In this document: positions 40,358 to 55,000 of the stretch, in pieces
How positions within the stretch are numbered: position 1 is the stretch's first letter
Layout of the letters: every line of letters begins with the position of its first letter
From: Sphagnum compactum
Lineage: Eukaryota
Reading direction: 5' to 3'
NCBI GenBank assembly: GCA_965153455.1
Contig: OZ234494.1
Span: 9,610,001-9,674,000 of the forward strand
Length of the DNA stretch: 64,000 nt
Made by a program: the position numbers and the translations under genes
The notes under the pieces: model-generated
The model's database searches: none
Told to the model about the DNA's origin: nothing
Seen by the model: only the letters and a program-made list of their open reading frames with translations

Positions 40358-41916
40358 CCGAATGTTTTGCATATTAACCATACCACATTCAACCATGCCA
40401 CAATCCACTGCCAAATATGTGCAACAAAACTTCCCTATTGAGGTTAGACATTTGCTCCAAGAAAAAATTACCAGATGCAATTCTGATCCTATGAATCATC
40501 AGTATAGTGACCAATCTATAACTTATCCAGTGTGATATTTTTATAGACAATCATGTACAATGTTCCCACTTTAATACCCTAATTTGCACAAGCATGAAAT
40601 GTGAGTGAAATCTTGGTTTGTAAGATGGTTCCTTAAGAAATCATATGGTCTGAACCATGCACCCTACATCAAGATGTATGAAAATGAATTGCCACACCCA
40701 TAGCTGAGATGTCCCACACCAGTGAGAAAGAGAGAAACATGATGAACCAAGTCCTGATGGAACTTCCCCACATAAACTGAATTTTTTTGACAAAGAGAGA
40801 CTTGTGTGTACATATGGATGCATATACCAGTGATGAGTTCCCACTTTTGTGTGAAGTGCTCCAATAACTGGCAGAACCAGATGTGACCTAAACTATGTTT
40901 TGTGACAAGAAACATGCAGTGTCTACCCACAACATTGTGAAGTGCTCCACACCGTCTATGGCTAAAAAAAAGATCCAAGTTAAAAAATTTCTCTAGAAAG
41001 AAACTGTATGTGGAGAAAGCAGCTACAAAAAATACGCCTACTATCCACTGAAACAAATGGATTGCAGGATGAACTTACTGTGGGATGAAAACCTTCACCA
41101 CAGAATCCAGCACCACAAAACATGGGAATTCTTGATTTTGCTAATATGCTAGCCTGATCAATACTGCCACTTTCTTAAAATCATGAAAGATGCAAATCAC
41201 AAAAGAACTCTATTGCTCATTCCTTCCTACCATCATCAAAGAAATCTATTTCTTATTCCTTCCTTGACTGTGGTTGTCATTAATGATGTCTTCCTATACT
41301 TTCCACTATATTCATTTCTAGTGCAAGCAATCATGGGAGAAGGGAGAAAAGAAGAGGAGATGCATGTACTCATGCAGCTTCAAGCACAAACTGAGGTGCA
41401 GGAAAAAAAGAGACCACAAGTAAAAGAAATCTCACGATTTCATGAAAACATGGGGCACTACTGCCTGCACAACAAAAAAAATGAAGGAAAGAAAAAAGGT
41501 CTCAGCGTGTTGTTTAAGATCTCAAATACAGGCAGGCAAAATGGATGCACCAGACGCCATGCTTTTTGGCAGATGCCATAACCCGCCTCCTCAATCAATG
41601 ACTTGGTAAAAAGCTTGAAGTGGGGTTGTAGAAAAAAGGGAATTGTTTATCCTTCAGATTCTAGAGTGGAGTTTGGATCCCAAAATACTAACACCAAAAT
41701 CACTTGTCTCTTGATGACATTATGACTGTCTTCCTATTGCTTCTGGAAATGTGTCTGAAACTTAGGACACAGATTTTTGTACAGTTTTCTCTTCAACTAT
41801 GCTTCTCAACTGCATTGTTTTGGAGGACTGATTATGCAAACCTTTTTTCATGAGGAGTACACCTTGACTGAGAGCTATCAAAGCATGCTCTCAAGAACAT
41901 CAAGATGGGACACACA

Positions 41917-44900
41917 TCACCTCCCTCCTTGTTGAGAGGCCAGCTTCTGCAACCTATGCACCAGAGGAGTAATCTCAGAGGTTTTACCTAGGCTATCTAG
42001 AAGCATGATTAGCAACTCCAGTGTGAGCCCAATCTCAGAGCTATCTGGGCCAATCTCCTTCTCTTGAATTGCCAACACCCGCCACATCAATGTTGCTGCT
42101 TCCTCATTCCTTCCCAGTGAATGTAATATTGAAGCCAGGCAGTTGCATGCCTCTCCTGCAGAAGCAACCACAGATACTGATTTAGACTCTTTTCATCAGA
42201 TCCCGGACAAAAGTTACAATAATTATTTGCTTCAACTGTTCTGCTATGTTAAACTTGCTAACTGATTCATGAGATATATCCTAAGACAACATTCATGGAG
42301 CTGCTGCCTAAAAAAGAAAGCTCACCCTAGTTCAGGGCAGTAAAAATCTGTCATGCAATCACTTCACCGCAAACATTCTCTAACTTAACATTTACTCCTA
42401 CTAATGTGGACTCCAACCAGGGTAAGACAAGACAGAAAGATCTTACCAACAGTAGCACTATTGGAACCAAATGAACATTCACGAAGTTTCAGAGCTTGGC
42501 GAGCAAGGGGCTCTGCCTCATCATCCCGATCCAGATGGTGCAACGTTGTAGCCAAACACTCCAGTGGGATAGAAAGCTGAGGGGAATTGGGGCCAAAGCT
42601 AGATGTAACCAGCCTCAAGCTGTGCTGGAGCAATGGTTCACATTTATCATGTTTCCCAGATGCAGCATATGATGTAGCCAAGTTCTGCAGATGGACTACC
42701 AACTGGGGATCATCAGAGCCCACTATTCTCTCTTTTACCCGTAAATTCTCCTCCCAAAGCTCTTGAGCTTCTTCACTCCTGCATTCAGAAGGTGAAAGTT
42801 GCTAACTGCTTCAAATCTTCATCAACTGCTGTCTAGAATTCCTGTCAGATGTCTGTTGGACTTAAGAATAGACATAATGGGTACAAACAATACTCAAAAG
42901 TTGAAAAATGACCTTACCTTTCAAGTAGGTTGAGGAGCTCTGCGAGATCACTGCGGACTGCCTCCATAGTTGGCTCCTTATCAGCAAATTTGCTGCATCC
43001 TTCCATAATCTGGAGTCCCTTGTGGTACAAAGACACAGACTCATCCACCTCTCCTGCAAATTGACAGAGTGTGATTTGAGTGAAGCTACATTCAATCCAA
43101 GAGACAATTGCCAACTATGTGTTACTCAGCACAAAGACACCCATGGTTTCCATACTACACAAACTTAGTGCATAAGTATCACTTACAAGAGACTTATATC
43201 TGAAGCTTGCACGCCCCCCAATCTGTGCCACTTCTCTAAGTGCCTTGTCTAGATAACAACCAACTGATAAGTTTAACTTAATCACCTTGAGCAGCTTTAA
43301 CCCGAGCAAGTGCACATGTGGCTACCCCAACTCTTCCATCATATTCTCCAAATAACTGCTCTGCTAACCTTAATGCTCTGTACACCATCATCACAGCGGC
43401 AAACACTAGTCAATCATAATGCCGGAGAGTTTCATGATCCTTCCTGAATCCCTTGGAAGTCCTAGCCAAGAGATCTTCTTCAATGGATCTAAAGATAGAA
43501 ATGTCCACAACAATGAACGGCACTTTGGTAAGGATATGTGACAAACATAGCAGAAGAGAATCAAAACCTGACCAAGGACAACTCAGCCTCATCAATCCTC
43601 CCCTCTTCCAGCAAAGAATGCCCCAAACGAGAGAGAGGCATGACAAGAGCTTCATCATCAGAGCCTCTGGTCTTCTCTAAAATGGACAGAACCCTGTTGT
43701 AAACCTCAATAGCATGAAAACTGTCATTCATATCGCTGTATGTGGTGGCCAGTCCCAACAACACCTTCACAATCAGTGGGCTGTCTTGACCTGTTGAAAC
43801 AAATCTCTAACATCAGTGCTCACAGTCATCCACACAATTACTGATGAACCAGAATAACTCTTTTCAAATATGGGCCAGCTGTTGTGACCCATCTCTATTG
43901 AAGCAATTACAGTGCATGGGTGGGAGAGAGGGGGTGCTCCAAGTCCTTACCATGTAGCTCTTCTTGGATCTTGAGACTTCTCTTGTAATAAGGCAATGCC
44001 TCCTCAGGTTTCCCCAAGGAGGTGTACATGCTGCCCATGTGCTCTAGTACACTGTCGAGCAGAGGCTGTGCTGAGTCAGAACCCAATTTGTCCACTACTT
44101 CTTTAGTCTGCACATATCAACCGATTTAATTCAATTGGCCATTCACAGGCATTCTTGCCCATGTTTAAGATACAGTTTACTTGTCAGCCTCTGAAAGATA
44201 CTATTGAGACCCCTATTGATACCTATTGCACAATCCCCACCTCACATAAAAGCGAGGAAAATAATTAAAGCAAGTCAATAGATAGCAACACAACATTGGC
44301 ATGGATAAACTCAAGTAACCACAAACCTCAGAAAGAAGGCGTGCCACCTCCTCAGCTTCACCTAGACTCATCCGCAGCTGGGCAAGCATGTCCAGCATTG
44401 CAGCCTGCTCCATGCCTTGGATCCCTGACTCAAATTGCCCCTTAACAACCTTATATTTGGCCTCAATCATGTCATTTGCAGTTGCGTGGTCTCCTTCCTC
44501 TATCATCCTATTCATTTCCTCATAAAGCTGGTGTAGCTGTTTCTCAATTTCAGTCATTCCCTTCATCAGGTGCTTCATCTGATTTATTTCAAGAGGACTC
44601 CTGCATCAGTTGCACCATCAATTAAATGAGCTTTACTGCTAGAGCCATGAATTGCTGCCAGCCAATATCCACTACTGACCACACTGAGGCACAGCCCTTA
44701 CAGTGAAGGCTTTAAGACAGAATTCCCAAAATTCTACAAACTGAGGCACTCAAACTCCCTCCTTCCTACTTCAAACAGTACATCCAACATAAACCTACCC
44801 ACCTGGCCCTCATGACTAACATGACTGGGAGTTGAGTGTTTTAACTGTGCAAGAAGCTACAACAAAGATAATTAAAAATTGGGGAATATGTTTGATGTCA

Positions 44901-46568
44901 GTGCAGAAAATAAAATACCCCATCTCTTGCAAAGCTTTCTCTGCCATCTCATCATCATTGAAGGCCAAAGCCATTGCAAACTGGTCGAACCGCTCTTCCA
45001 GGAACTGATCTTCAACATCATCATTGTCTTCCACTATCTCCACATTGCTGGTGCACTCATTCTGACCATCTATAGCATTCTCTCTACAACAGCATGTGAG
45101 ATACCAGATCAATTGTTGGTATAGCCCACCCTATAACATTGACAGAATGCAGACTCATAAAAGCAACTTCTTTGTGGTTGAAAGTGAGGTTGAATACGTG
45201 AGTGAAGAAGGCAGCCATTGCCAATCCAAAGCAAGTCCATCTTCATGATTCACATACCCCTTGAGTCGCTTCAATTGCCTGCACATTGTAGACATGCACC
45301 CCCTATAGTCCATGTGCAATGGATCCTCTCTCTGTTGGGACTTACTCAAATAGTGTAATATTGACTACAGTCCCGGAAAATGTGATCCTCTACTAAGCAA
45401 TTCAAGTGTGGTGGCCCTTTACTGGCAGGGTCATGATGACATAATGTGCAACAACCAAAAACAAAGAAAATGAAAAAGAAATGCCTTCAATATTCAGGGC
45501 ACTGAACATCATGGTAGCTTCAAAATTATGTCTCCAAGAACACAGCACCTATGCCACTGAAACTTGAAGCCCTCTGGCAATGCTGTAAAGAAGCTTTTTG
45601 AGGTTTTCTGCCATCCCCAGTGTGTATATTTGCTCAATCCATCTCCATTTACATCTGCATGGCAACCCCTACTGAATTGCAAAAGGCTTGAAGGCAAGCT
45701 CCTTGTGCAAAATTTGTGGTGCCCATAGCAGCCAACAGGCTGGCATGAGATCCTTGACACATGAGACCCTGGTGTTGCATAAGACCTCTGCCGAGCAATA
45801 TCAACCTCACTGCAACCACCCACAATGATTATTGACCACTTCTGTTCCCGCATCCAACTGTCCTCTAAACTGCACACCCATCTATCTCTCAGCACAACAT
45901 ACATTTTTTCCATGGAATTGGTCTGTCCACAATTCCAGCAGGTGGAAAAATGCAAAATTGTTGAACCTTAAACCCTCCAAGTTGGGCATTAAACCCTCCA
46001 AAACGAAGGTCCTCAACACCCAAACATCAGAGTAGCAAATTCAAAAGCAAATAAAGCTAGCAAGCTTAAACTTGCTGATGCAAACAGATGGCTTGCAAGT
46101 AGATTGGGAAAAAGTATCATCTCTACATCTAGATAACACAATCCTTGGTCATGCAACTCAAATATGCAGCTACATTTCAGACGACTAAACAGAGAGTAGT
46201 ATCCACTTGCCATTTCCAGATCAAACAGACTCTGAGCCTAACCATTCTCATTTACCAAACTTCCTCAAAATTCCACACAGAAAGCCCTAAACTTCCTAAC
46301 CATAAGATGATCCTCCGTCCCTTATCCCCACACACACACACACACACACAGAGTCACAGACAGAGTCACAAACCACAGAATAGTACTCTACAGAAGGTCC
46401 AAGAATGCAGTGCGGAACATATGTCGCCAATATAAAAAGCTGGTGATTACTAAACTCATGTTTCAGTGATACAACCAAAGAAGCAACAAGAAGGCGAAGA
46501 AGGCCTTGTGACGATGCTAACCTAGGACTGACCAAACCACCCGCGAGAAGAAAATCCTTGCTAGCCAT
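41917..46568 (-). CDS. Multi-exon tetratricopeptide-repeat protein (kinesin-light-chain/nephrocystin-3-type TPRs); resembles the Arabidopsis plastid TPR protein WTG1 family
   Basis: About 10 GT-AG exons in consistent phase (approx. 46568-46522, 45870/45810-45550, 45085-44920, 44601-44328, 44108-43951, 43791-43571, 43379-43286, 43054-42918, 42779-42448, 42156-41917). TPR repeats include EEALPYYKRSLKIQEELHG, HLQNLATSY and DEAEPLARQALKLRE. Confidence 0.88.
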
Positions 46569-46719
46569 GGTATGTATAATCACACCCGCTTCCTTCCTTC
46601 CTTGCCACCTTCCCTTCCACTTTCTCCCTCCGTCGTCCTCAGGCTGCAATTCTTGTAACAAAACAAAGAATGTCGCTCGCCATCGCTCCTATACTTGTCC
46701 CATTACCTTCCCTCTCGTC

Positions 46720-46795
46720 CTTAAACCCTAAACCTCCCTAAGCCCTCTATCGTCATTTAAAAGCCTAAAACCCTCTCGCCGTTAAACCCTAAACC
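46720..46795. promoter_or_regulatory. Telo-box-like AAACCCTA motifs upstream of the TPR gene
   Basis: AAACCCTAAA at about 46723 and 46784, with degenerate copies between. Confidence 0.4.
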
Positions 46796-47898
46796 CGCTT
46801 GTGAGAAGTTGTGACCCAGTTTTTTTGTTTTTTGTTTTTTTTTTTTGGCGAATTTTCGCCACGGCTACAAAAAAAAGAAAACTGAAATATAGATTCTTGG
46901 TTTTAAAAAAAAATTGATTTTCAAAGAAATGTGGTCACTTTTTTAATACTCCAAAGTCTGTTGCCAATTTATACTGTTTGGAAAAAACCTTTTGAACTGT
47001 TTTAAAATTGTGAATAAGTGCTAAATTTAGCTTGGGATGCTCACTACTGACATCTAATCCAAAAAATTGAACAAAAAAAGAAGCACTTGTGCACAATATC
47101 CACCCCCAAGTCAAAAAAATTGCAACTAAAACTCAAAACAATTTTGCTTCCTAAAGAACTTCAGAATTTCTTGCTCTCTTGAGTCTTGGTGTACAATTTA
47201 TTATTTTTGCCTAACAAATTTTGGACCGTAAATGTTAAGTTTTGGGTGCTGGCTAACGGGTTAATACTAAATGGTATAGACACCTTTTCTTTTTATCCCT
47301 TCTTCTTGGGGATTTGATGATCTCAATTGATGTTAATTTCCATTGGGATTTTTGCATTAATATTAGTAAGAAATTGCCAGGCGTTTTACACATCTATTTT
47401 TGCTTTAGTGTTTGGTTTTTAGGTTCAAATTGATGTTAAGTCTTTTGGGATTTAAAAATTGATATTCATGATTCGACTTTGTATTTTGGTTCTAGATTAA
47501 ATTTTTTGGTCAATCTATTGGGATTTTGGAATTGACCAAATGTAATGTGGGATAAATTATTTCATTAGGGCTAAACCAACTAGTGTGAACAGGTTTATTT
47601 TCATCAGTGTGTAACCTTGGAATTTTTGGTTTAAGCCACAATATTTTCTCACATTTTTAAGGAATCAACTTTTACTTACAATGAATTACCATGATGAGGA
47701 TTTTATATGTGAAATCTCCAAAAGAACTAATTAGTAAGAGTACCTGCTAACACTACTTATGCAATATTCAAGACATTTGTCGATTTATTTCATTAAATTT
47801 GTAACCTCCTTGTCATTTCTTTTCATTTCACAAGCCAAAGTTTGTTGGTGCATATTGTCAATTATTTAATGATATTTGGAAACTAAACACCATAATAC

Positions 47899-48852
47899 GG
47901 AAGATGTTAAATCGGCCCAAAGAAATTGAATGCAGTCAGTACAAAAAGTACTGTAACAATTTTTTCCCTCGTCGGCCGTTGCCCGGTTTGTTTTTACCTT
48001 GTGATAGGTTAACCTGCCTTATGACCGAACACCACCTATGAACGAACATTTATTAATATCTTCCTCGTCTCTTCTTCATTTTGAGTGATTTAAAACGTTA
48101 TGGGAGCGCTAACTTGAGCACTTCAGTTTGTCTTTGAACAGCAGAGGCAAAGGAGTAAATTATAGAAGAGCAAGAAGCTTTTCCAAGTTATAAAACACAT
48201 TTTTCTTCGCTTTTCTTCTCTTCTACCCTTCTTACTTTCAATGCTCATAACTTTCTCATTTCTTGTTCAATTTAAGTGATTTAAAATGCTATAAGAGCGC
48301 AACCTCATGATCTATGAATAATCTTTGAACCATAAAGGCAATAGAGCGACTTTCAAAGACTTTTTTGGGTGTTCGGTAATAGTCTTCCGAGTGTTTGGTG
48401 ATTTTTCGTTTCCACCATTTGACCACCCCCCCCGCCCCCCACCCCCCCTACTTTGGAGGGTCACATCTAACTCATTTCTTCATCTTTTTCAACGATTCAA
48501 CTTTCTGTCGGTGCCCAAATAGTAGGGCAAAAATTCCTCGATGGGCATGAAATTCAAAGCAGCACTCTCCAGAAATTCGCAGACCTCTGAGACACTAAGT
48601 GTTGGGTCACCGGCCTGGTTTGAGTCCTATGTTATGATGCATTGACATGTTATGAGTATGAGGGGTATATAACATGTCACTAGGTATGTTATGTGCCCTT
48701 TGGAACATTCATAACATAGAAGGTTATGTGTGCAAAATGTGCTTGGGTATCACTCATGATATGCGGGGCTAAGGACAGACTGGGGGAAAAAAATCGCAGC
48801 AATACTTTTGTACTGACTGCATTTAATTTCTTTGGCCAATTTAACATTTTCT
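47899..48852. mobile_element. Non-autonomous Mutator-like element (MULE), 954 bp
   Basis: Imperfect TIRs of about 90 bp (GGAAGATGTTAAATCGGCCCAAAGAAATTGAATGCAGTCAGTACAAAA... / ...TTTTGTACTGACTGCATTTAATTTCTTTGGCCAATTTAACATTTTCT) and a perfect 9-bp TSD CCATAATAC (47890-47898, 48853-48861). Confidence 0.88.
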
Positions 48853-49279
48853 CCATAATACCTTTCAAAGCTAATTAAGTTCTGACCTTAATTAATTTTG
48901 AAACTTTAATTCTGACAAATAGAATGTTCTTGAAAATTCCATAATTGCCTACACAAATTTTTCTTATTTGAAAAAACAAGAAAAATTCCAACATTTCGAC
49001 AACACATGCCTGCCAAATCATGAATTAATTTTGAAAGATTTCATTTTGAAAAAAAGAAATCCTGAATATTTCAAAAGATTCTTCATTTTCTTTCACAAAA
49101 AAATTGGCTCTTCAAAAATGAAAATTGAAAATTTCAGCATATCTAAAAAGCTTAATTTGTGCCAAAGCTGCCAAGGTACTTACTACTATGGTAGAGTCTT
49201 CAGTTGGGTCAAGGGAAGCAACATGAGTGAACTGGAGTTGGACTATATAATAATTTTGTGAAAAGAATTCCATGATTTT

Positions 49280-50045
49280 AGCTTTATTGTATAGCCAGTG
49301 CCCAATTGTAGTTAGCCACTTATATTTAAACCTTGTTGTATAGCCACTTGTATTCAAGCCACTTATACTCAAGCCTTGTTGTATAGCCACTTTGCATGTA
49401 GCCAGTTGTACTTAAGCCTTGTTGTATAGCCAGTTGTATTTCTGCCTTATTAGTTACTTATACTTATGCCTTGTTGTATTTGACCACTTATATTTTACCC
49501 TTGTTGTATAGCCACTTGCATTCAAGCCACTTATATTCAAGCCTTGTTCTATAGCCAACTGTATTTGTTAGTTACTTATACGTATGCTTTGTTGTTGTAT
49601 TTGAAAACCACTTATATTTAACCCTTGTTGTATAGCCTTTTGCATTCACGCCACTTATATTCAAGCCTTGTTCTATAGCCAACCGTATTTGTTAGTTACT
49701 TATACGTATGCTTTGTCATTGTATTTGACCACTTATATTTTACCCTTTGACCACTTATATTTTACCCTCGTTGTATAGCCTTTTGCATTCAAGCCTTTGG
49801 TCATATAGCACCATTTGTTTAGCTGCTTATATTTAAGGCTTGTTGTATGGCCACTTGTATTTAGCCACTTATATTCAAGCCTTGTTGTTTAGCCACCTTA
49901 TATTTAAGACTTGTTGTATGACCATTTGTATTTAGCCACTTATATTTTCACTTTGTTGCATAGGCCACTTGTAATTTAGTCAATTATTATATTTGAGCAA
50001 TTATTATATATTAAGTCACTAATTTAACCTTTGTATAGCCACTTG
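49280..50045. repeat. Degenerate minisatellite built from AGCCACTT(A/G)TATT and GCCTTGTTGTAT units
   Basis: Many alternating copies, plus a higher-order duplication (about 49490-49610 vs 49610-49740). Confidence 0.85.
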
Positions 50046-50179
50046 AATGAACCGCTGCATGGCGAATGGGTTGAATCTCCGCCCTTGGTCTGCACTTACG
50101 TTGGAGACGTCCGTGGTTTTGGTTTGTCCACGTGAGCAGAAAGCATTTCGTGGTGTTCATCATGCCACGACTCTCTAGA

Positions 50180-50420
50180 ATCTCGCCGCATCGATTGTGC
50201 AAAAGAAGAAAATCCCAATCCGCTAAAGATGAGCAGGACATCGCCAGTCACCTCATCGATTGTTCAAAAGAAAAAAATCCCATCCCCCTCAGAAAGATGA
50301 GGACGTCGCCAGTCGATTCATCGATTGTGCAAAAGAAAAATCCCATCCCCGAAAGATGAGTATGCGGAGGAAGACGACGACGAGCAAAGCAAAGAGAGTG
50401 TCGATTTGCACTTTGCGAAT
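50180..50420. repeat. Three-plus diverged tandem units of about 65 bp
   Basis: ATCGATTGTGCAAAAGAA..AATCCCA..CC..AAAGATGAG recurs at about 50190, 50255 and 50320. Confidence 0.75.
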
Positions 50421-52017
50421 CCTGTGCGCACGCGACGCACGCACGCACGCGCGCGCTGGAATCGATCTCGACTCCTGCAAGCGCGATCGCCTGCAAACAC
50501 ACACAAAAACACCCACCAAAAAAAAAACCCCCCATTTAAAAAAAAAATGGCGACAGTGGTAATAAGTGAAGCAGCTTGTAGTAGAGACATTGCGCCGCCG
50601 CTGCGGCAAGATCTCAACCTGGCATCATCCTTACCCATGTCATCGACTCACAAGGTGCATAAGAATGCCATCTTCCGTCTTTCTACGCTTAGTCTGTCTA
50701 TCTCTTTCTTTACAAAAATAGAGAGAACTAGTCCGTTTTTCTTCTTCATTCGGTGCCTCTAGTCTACTATGTTAAATCCTGCAGAGAATGGCGGATGAGG
50801 TTGGCAGGCGGTGTTGGGGTCCAGGGTTTTGGTGGCTTTGGAATTGGGGTTTGCAGAATGTTTTTGCTTGTTGGTTTTTTTTAGCTGGTCTGATTTGTGT
50901 TGCATGTTTTCTTCGAATTGAATATTTCTTCTTAACAAGTAGTAGTACTTGTATTATTATTGTCTCTCTGGAGTTGAACTAGATAACTAGTGCATGATGA
51001 TGTTTGTTGTTGCGGACATAGCTTCTTCATAGGCTTCGGTTTTCTGATGTTGTTTACAAAAGAGAAAAGTTCGGGCAATAAGCAACTGCTAGTTGTTACT
51101 GTTTCTGTTTAGCAGGGCATCTTTGAGAAAGCTTGCTAGGGGGTACCTCCCCCCACCCCCCTCCAGATGCGGGGTTCGGTAAAGGAGGCAATGACAGACA
51201 GACAAGGTGTTTTTCCCATGTTCAGTTCCCATGCTGGTTGAGTAAATGTTCTGATACACATTTGAATTCAAAATTGTCTCAGTCAGTTGTTGATGCCTTT
51301 CTTTTTTTTTCTTTGGGTTTCTCGAATTCCTCATTTCTGTTGGAACTTCCAACAACAATAATCACATTTACAAAGAGATTTGCATTGCAAATTTGTCGTC
51401 AATTTGTGAGGGGTCCAAACTCCCACATGTATGTATACAGTGGACCAAGCCAGCAATGAAGGGTGGCCTACATTGGAAGGCTGTGGACACTCCTCACCAT
51501 TCTGCATCAAAGCAGAAAATTGAATACCTCTTCTGTTTGTGTGGGACCCTCTCCAAGGTGTGATGGGGGAAGCACGTGATGTTGATCTCTTGTCTAATTT
51601 GATGTTGCAGTCTGCAGTTTGGGCAGAAATCCTCTCCACTGCATGTCCTGTTAAAGAAATCATGGGCACATATTATGTCAGGTATTGCCCTCTGGTTGGA
51701 ACCCCCCCTGTGGGCTCCCTCCTTTTGGCAAGCCTTTGCTGGGGGGCATAACCAGCCATCTGCTGCATTTTGAGCTTTTGCCATCTTGATTATCATTTGT
51801 GGCTGCTCTCCCTATCAGGAGTGTGCCTTGTCAGGTGGCACTGCCCATGAGAAGAAAATTCATGGTTTGGAGGCAATAGCACAGGAGTATCCAAGGTCGG
51901 GAAAGCCATACCAGTTTGGAGGTTTACTACTACCTTGTATAATAGAAGTCACCCGCATGGGGCAACTACTATGGTTGTATTATATTGCTGCAAGTATGTA
52001 TTGTATCAGGATCAACA

Positions 52018-55000
52018 ATGTCTGAAGGATGGAACAATGCAAACTGTGGAGACAGCAGTGGGACCAAAATGGCATCTGTGAAACAGGAGGAAGCAGATGG
52101 TCTGGGCCCTCAAGATGCAGTAATGAAGAATGCTAATGAGAATGAGACTTCTGGGGTCGACCCTCGGTTGCAAAGCTGGCCATTCTCAGAGGATATAGGG
52201 CAGCCAGTTACAACCAACAGTGGTTTTACACAGCAGTTATCTTTGGTTGGTGCTGCAGGTAGTGATCAACCCTACCTTCTGGTTAATCAATCTGATGCCT
52301 CTCAAGGTAGCCTTACACCCTATCTCTCTTATGAAAGCAGCAGTCTCACACTTTCTGTCAACTGTTCCTGCAATCAATCTGAGACAGGTTTTTGGTCCCT
52401 TGTCAAGCTTTACCCTTATCTGAAATCTAGCATGTGCAAAGAAAAAGGGATCGTTGACTTTGAATCATCAGGATCACTTTTTTCCATGCGCCCATGAATA
52501 ATGCTACTGGGTATACAATGTGTGCAGGGTTTTGTTGGGCTTGGAGACAATTTGGTGAGAAAATCCTAAATTGCTCATGCTCAATATCACCTGCATTTTA
52601 GCTCATCAGCACCTTTAAAAGCTGAAAACTAGAACTTATGTGTTTTTGGTATACTTTCATACCATTAGGATGTAAAACTGTACAAACTTTGTGGTTACAA
52701 GTTGAAGGTGCATCTTGCCCACAACACCACTTGAAGCTTTTGAGGCCCCTCAAAGTGACATAAGATCCCAAGCCAGGATTGGAGTGGACTTGCAGGTGAT
52801 GGAAGAGCCAATTCTGGGGCCCTTATGCACATTAAAGATTGCAGTAAAAGCCAGGGGGGAAGCTGCGTTGGGAAACATGTTGGCCCTAGAGGATGCAACT
52901 CATTGTGCAGTTGTTGCAAGTGCAGGTCCAGCTTTTGGGCATCAACAAGGGGGCAAAAGTGTTGCAGTAAATGCTGGTACTGGAGGTGCGGAAAATTGGG
53001 TTTCAGAAAGATGGGAGGAGCCAATTGAGCCTCAGGGTTTGTCAGAAAGTCATCAACAGGAGAGATTCAATCTACAGGGGTCCAGTAAGGAGATGGGAAC
53101 AGGAACAGGAAGCAGTGGTTTAGAACAGATGAGTGGAACGGGCACTTTAGCAACAAGTGTTGGAATGGGTGGTAGTGTAGGGTTAGGCTTAAGTGGAAGC
53201 TTAGGGCAGGAAGCAGGTGGGGGGCGAAGTGTGAGTGGCAGAAGCTCAGGGTTATCAGAGGTAGATGGAGTTGCTCCTGGCTTTTGGCGGGGAAGAGGAG
53301 GATTCCATGGAGTGAGAGGACCCAACCAAGGCCGTGGTGCTGGAACAGTTTTCTCGCAAGGTATATGCCAGCATTAGAGCCATACAAGCTAAGAAGTTGC
53401 TGTGAGTTTATGTTAACTTGATTTGCATCACTTGGGACTCTCTTTTGATTACTTGTTGAGTAACAAGAACATACCCCATCCATTGTCTGAAGCTGATGAA
53501 GGAAATGGGGGGTCTTAGCAATTTGCTTGATGTAATGAAGCTTGTGCACATTGTTGTTCAACTTTTACTGGCCATATCTTTTGAAAGTCTTGCTTGATGT
53601 TCACATTTTCCTTGCTTTGTGTTGCTTGTTTGTTGTGTTCCTTTTCTTCCCCTTCCTTTCCTTTCATGCTTGCTTTATTCCCATCGTAGTAAGTGCCTTG
53701 TTCATTTTGCATTCACTCCTGTCTGCCATGGTTGTAGTTTGCTCTTTGCACCTTTGTTGTGCTACATTACTTTAAAACACATGTGGAGTGTTTTACAGCC
53801 CACTATCACTCACTGTTGTTACTTGACATCTGGGGTAAAATTGCCTAGCACATGCAGGCACATTTGCTTCAGTTTGTAAGCTGGATATAAGTGGCATGAA
53901 TTGCAGGTATGGGTAGTGGACAGGTGTTTAATCTATGGGGAATGAATCCAACTGGGTTTCCAAGAGCCCAAGCAGTGGCTATGGCAGGTGCGGGGACCTT
54001 TGCAGCAGCAGGAAGAGGAAACCTTGCTTATGCACTTAACCCATCCAAGCCTGTCCAAGGCATATCTCAGGGCCTTGGTAAGGTGAAGGATGACTGGAAA
54101 GGTATGCAACCTGGGACAGTAATAAGCAGATGTACTTCAGTTTAGGGCAATTGTGTTTATCTGTTCCTGAAAAGGGTTTTGGATTTTGTTCTAAGGTTCT
54201 TCCATTGTACTTGCAGTAGACAAACATCAACAAGAGGATAGTAGCAGAGTTGAAAGGTCTCTGGAAGATGTCTCAGCTGTTCATACTGTTGAACAACAAC
54301 AATGTGAATATAGCCAAGTACCCATTCCAATGGGATTGCCGAGAGAATATGGTAATGAAATAGAGCAACGAGTGGAGCCAGACAGGCTGATAGATTCAGG
54401 TCTTCAACAGGAGATCTCAGTTGTGGGGCCCTCTGCTGCAAACTTGGAATCACATGAGGCATGTTGTGATATGATTGCAGCTAGAAGCACTCAAATGGCA
54501 TTGGATTTTAGGGGTTGCCAGGACTCACAAGCCTATATTGGAAAGAATGATGCCTGGTGTTCTACGCCAAAGGCACCAAATCTTAGAAACCCAGTGTTAT
54601 TGGGGCCACTAGCAGTAGCATCCAGCCCTCCTGTTGCAATAGATTCTCCATGTGATTTAGGTCCAGAATCCTTACCACTTGAGCCAGGAACTCCAAAAAG
54701 CTGCAAAAATGGGCTAGTCACAAGTGGGGGTTTAAAGGAAGGGTGGAGCCTTCCAAATTTGGGTAGAGGAAAATCCACTTTGGTAGAAGCACAGCCTGAC
54801 CAACCTTTGGTTCTGGACCTTGTGGCCAAGGATTGCAGTCCTCTTGTTAAAGGACATCCTCTTCTTGAGGGTGACAAGGTTTCAGATTTGGGGTTGTCAA
54901 TGGCTGTAGGCAATCACAAGGTTGATTGTAAGGCTCTGGAGGATGGTAGAATGCTGTGCTCCAATACTGGCAAGTCTCAGGAACCAGCTCATGGGGATTT

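Noticed and set aside
49280-50045. CRISPR-like appearance of the repeat array
   Set aside because: Units are degenerate and tandem with no unique spacers, there are no cas genes, and the context is eukaryotic.
49177-50568. Possible short TIR pair (TACTTACTACTA / TGGTAATAAGTG) enclosing the minisatellite
   Set aside because: Only about 12 bp with mismatches, and no matching TSD.
50130-50762. Several overlapping ORFs of 75-145 aa
   Set aside because: They arise from tandem repeats and low-complexity GC-rich sequence.
51520-51680. LLFVWDPLQG segment resembling an N-terminal TZP motif
   Set aside because: Preceded by an in-frame stop with no usable acceptor between, so it could not be placed in the gene model.
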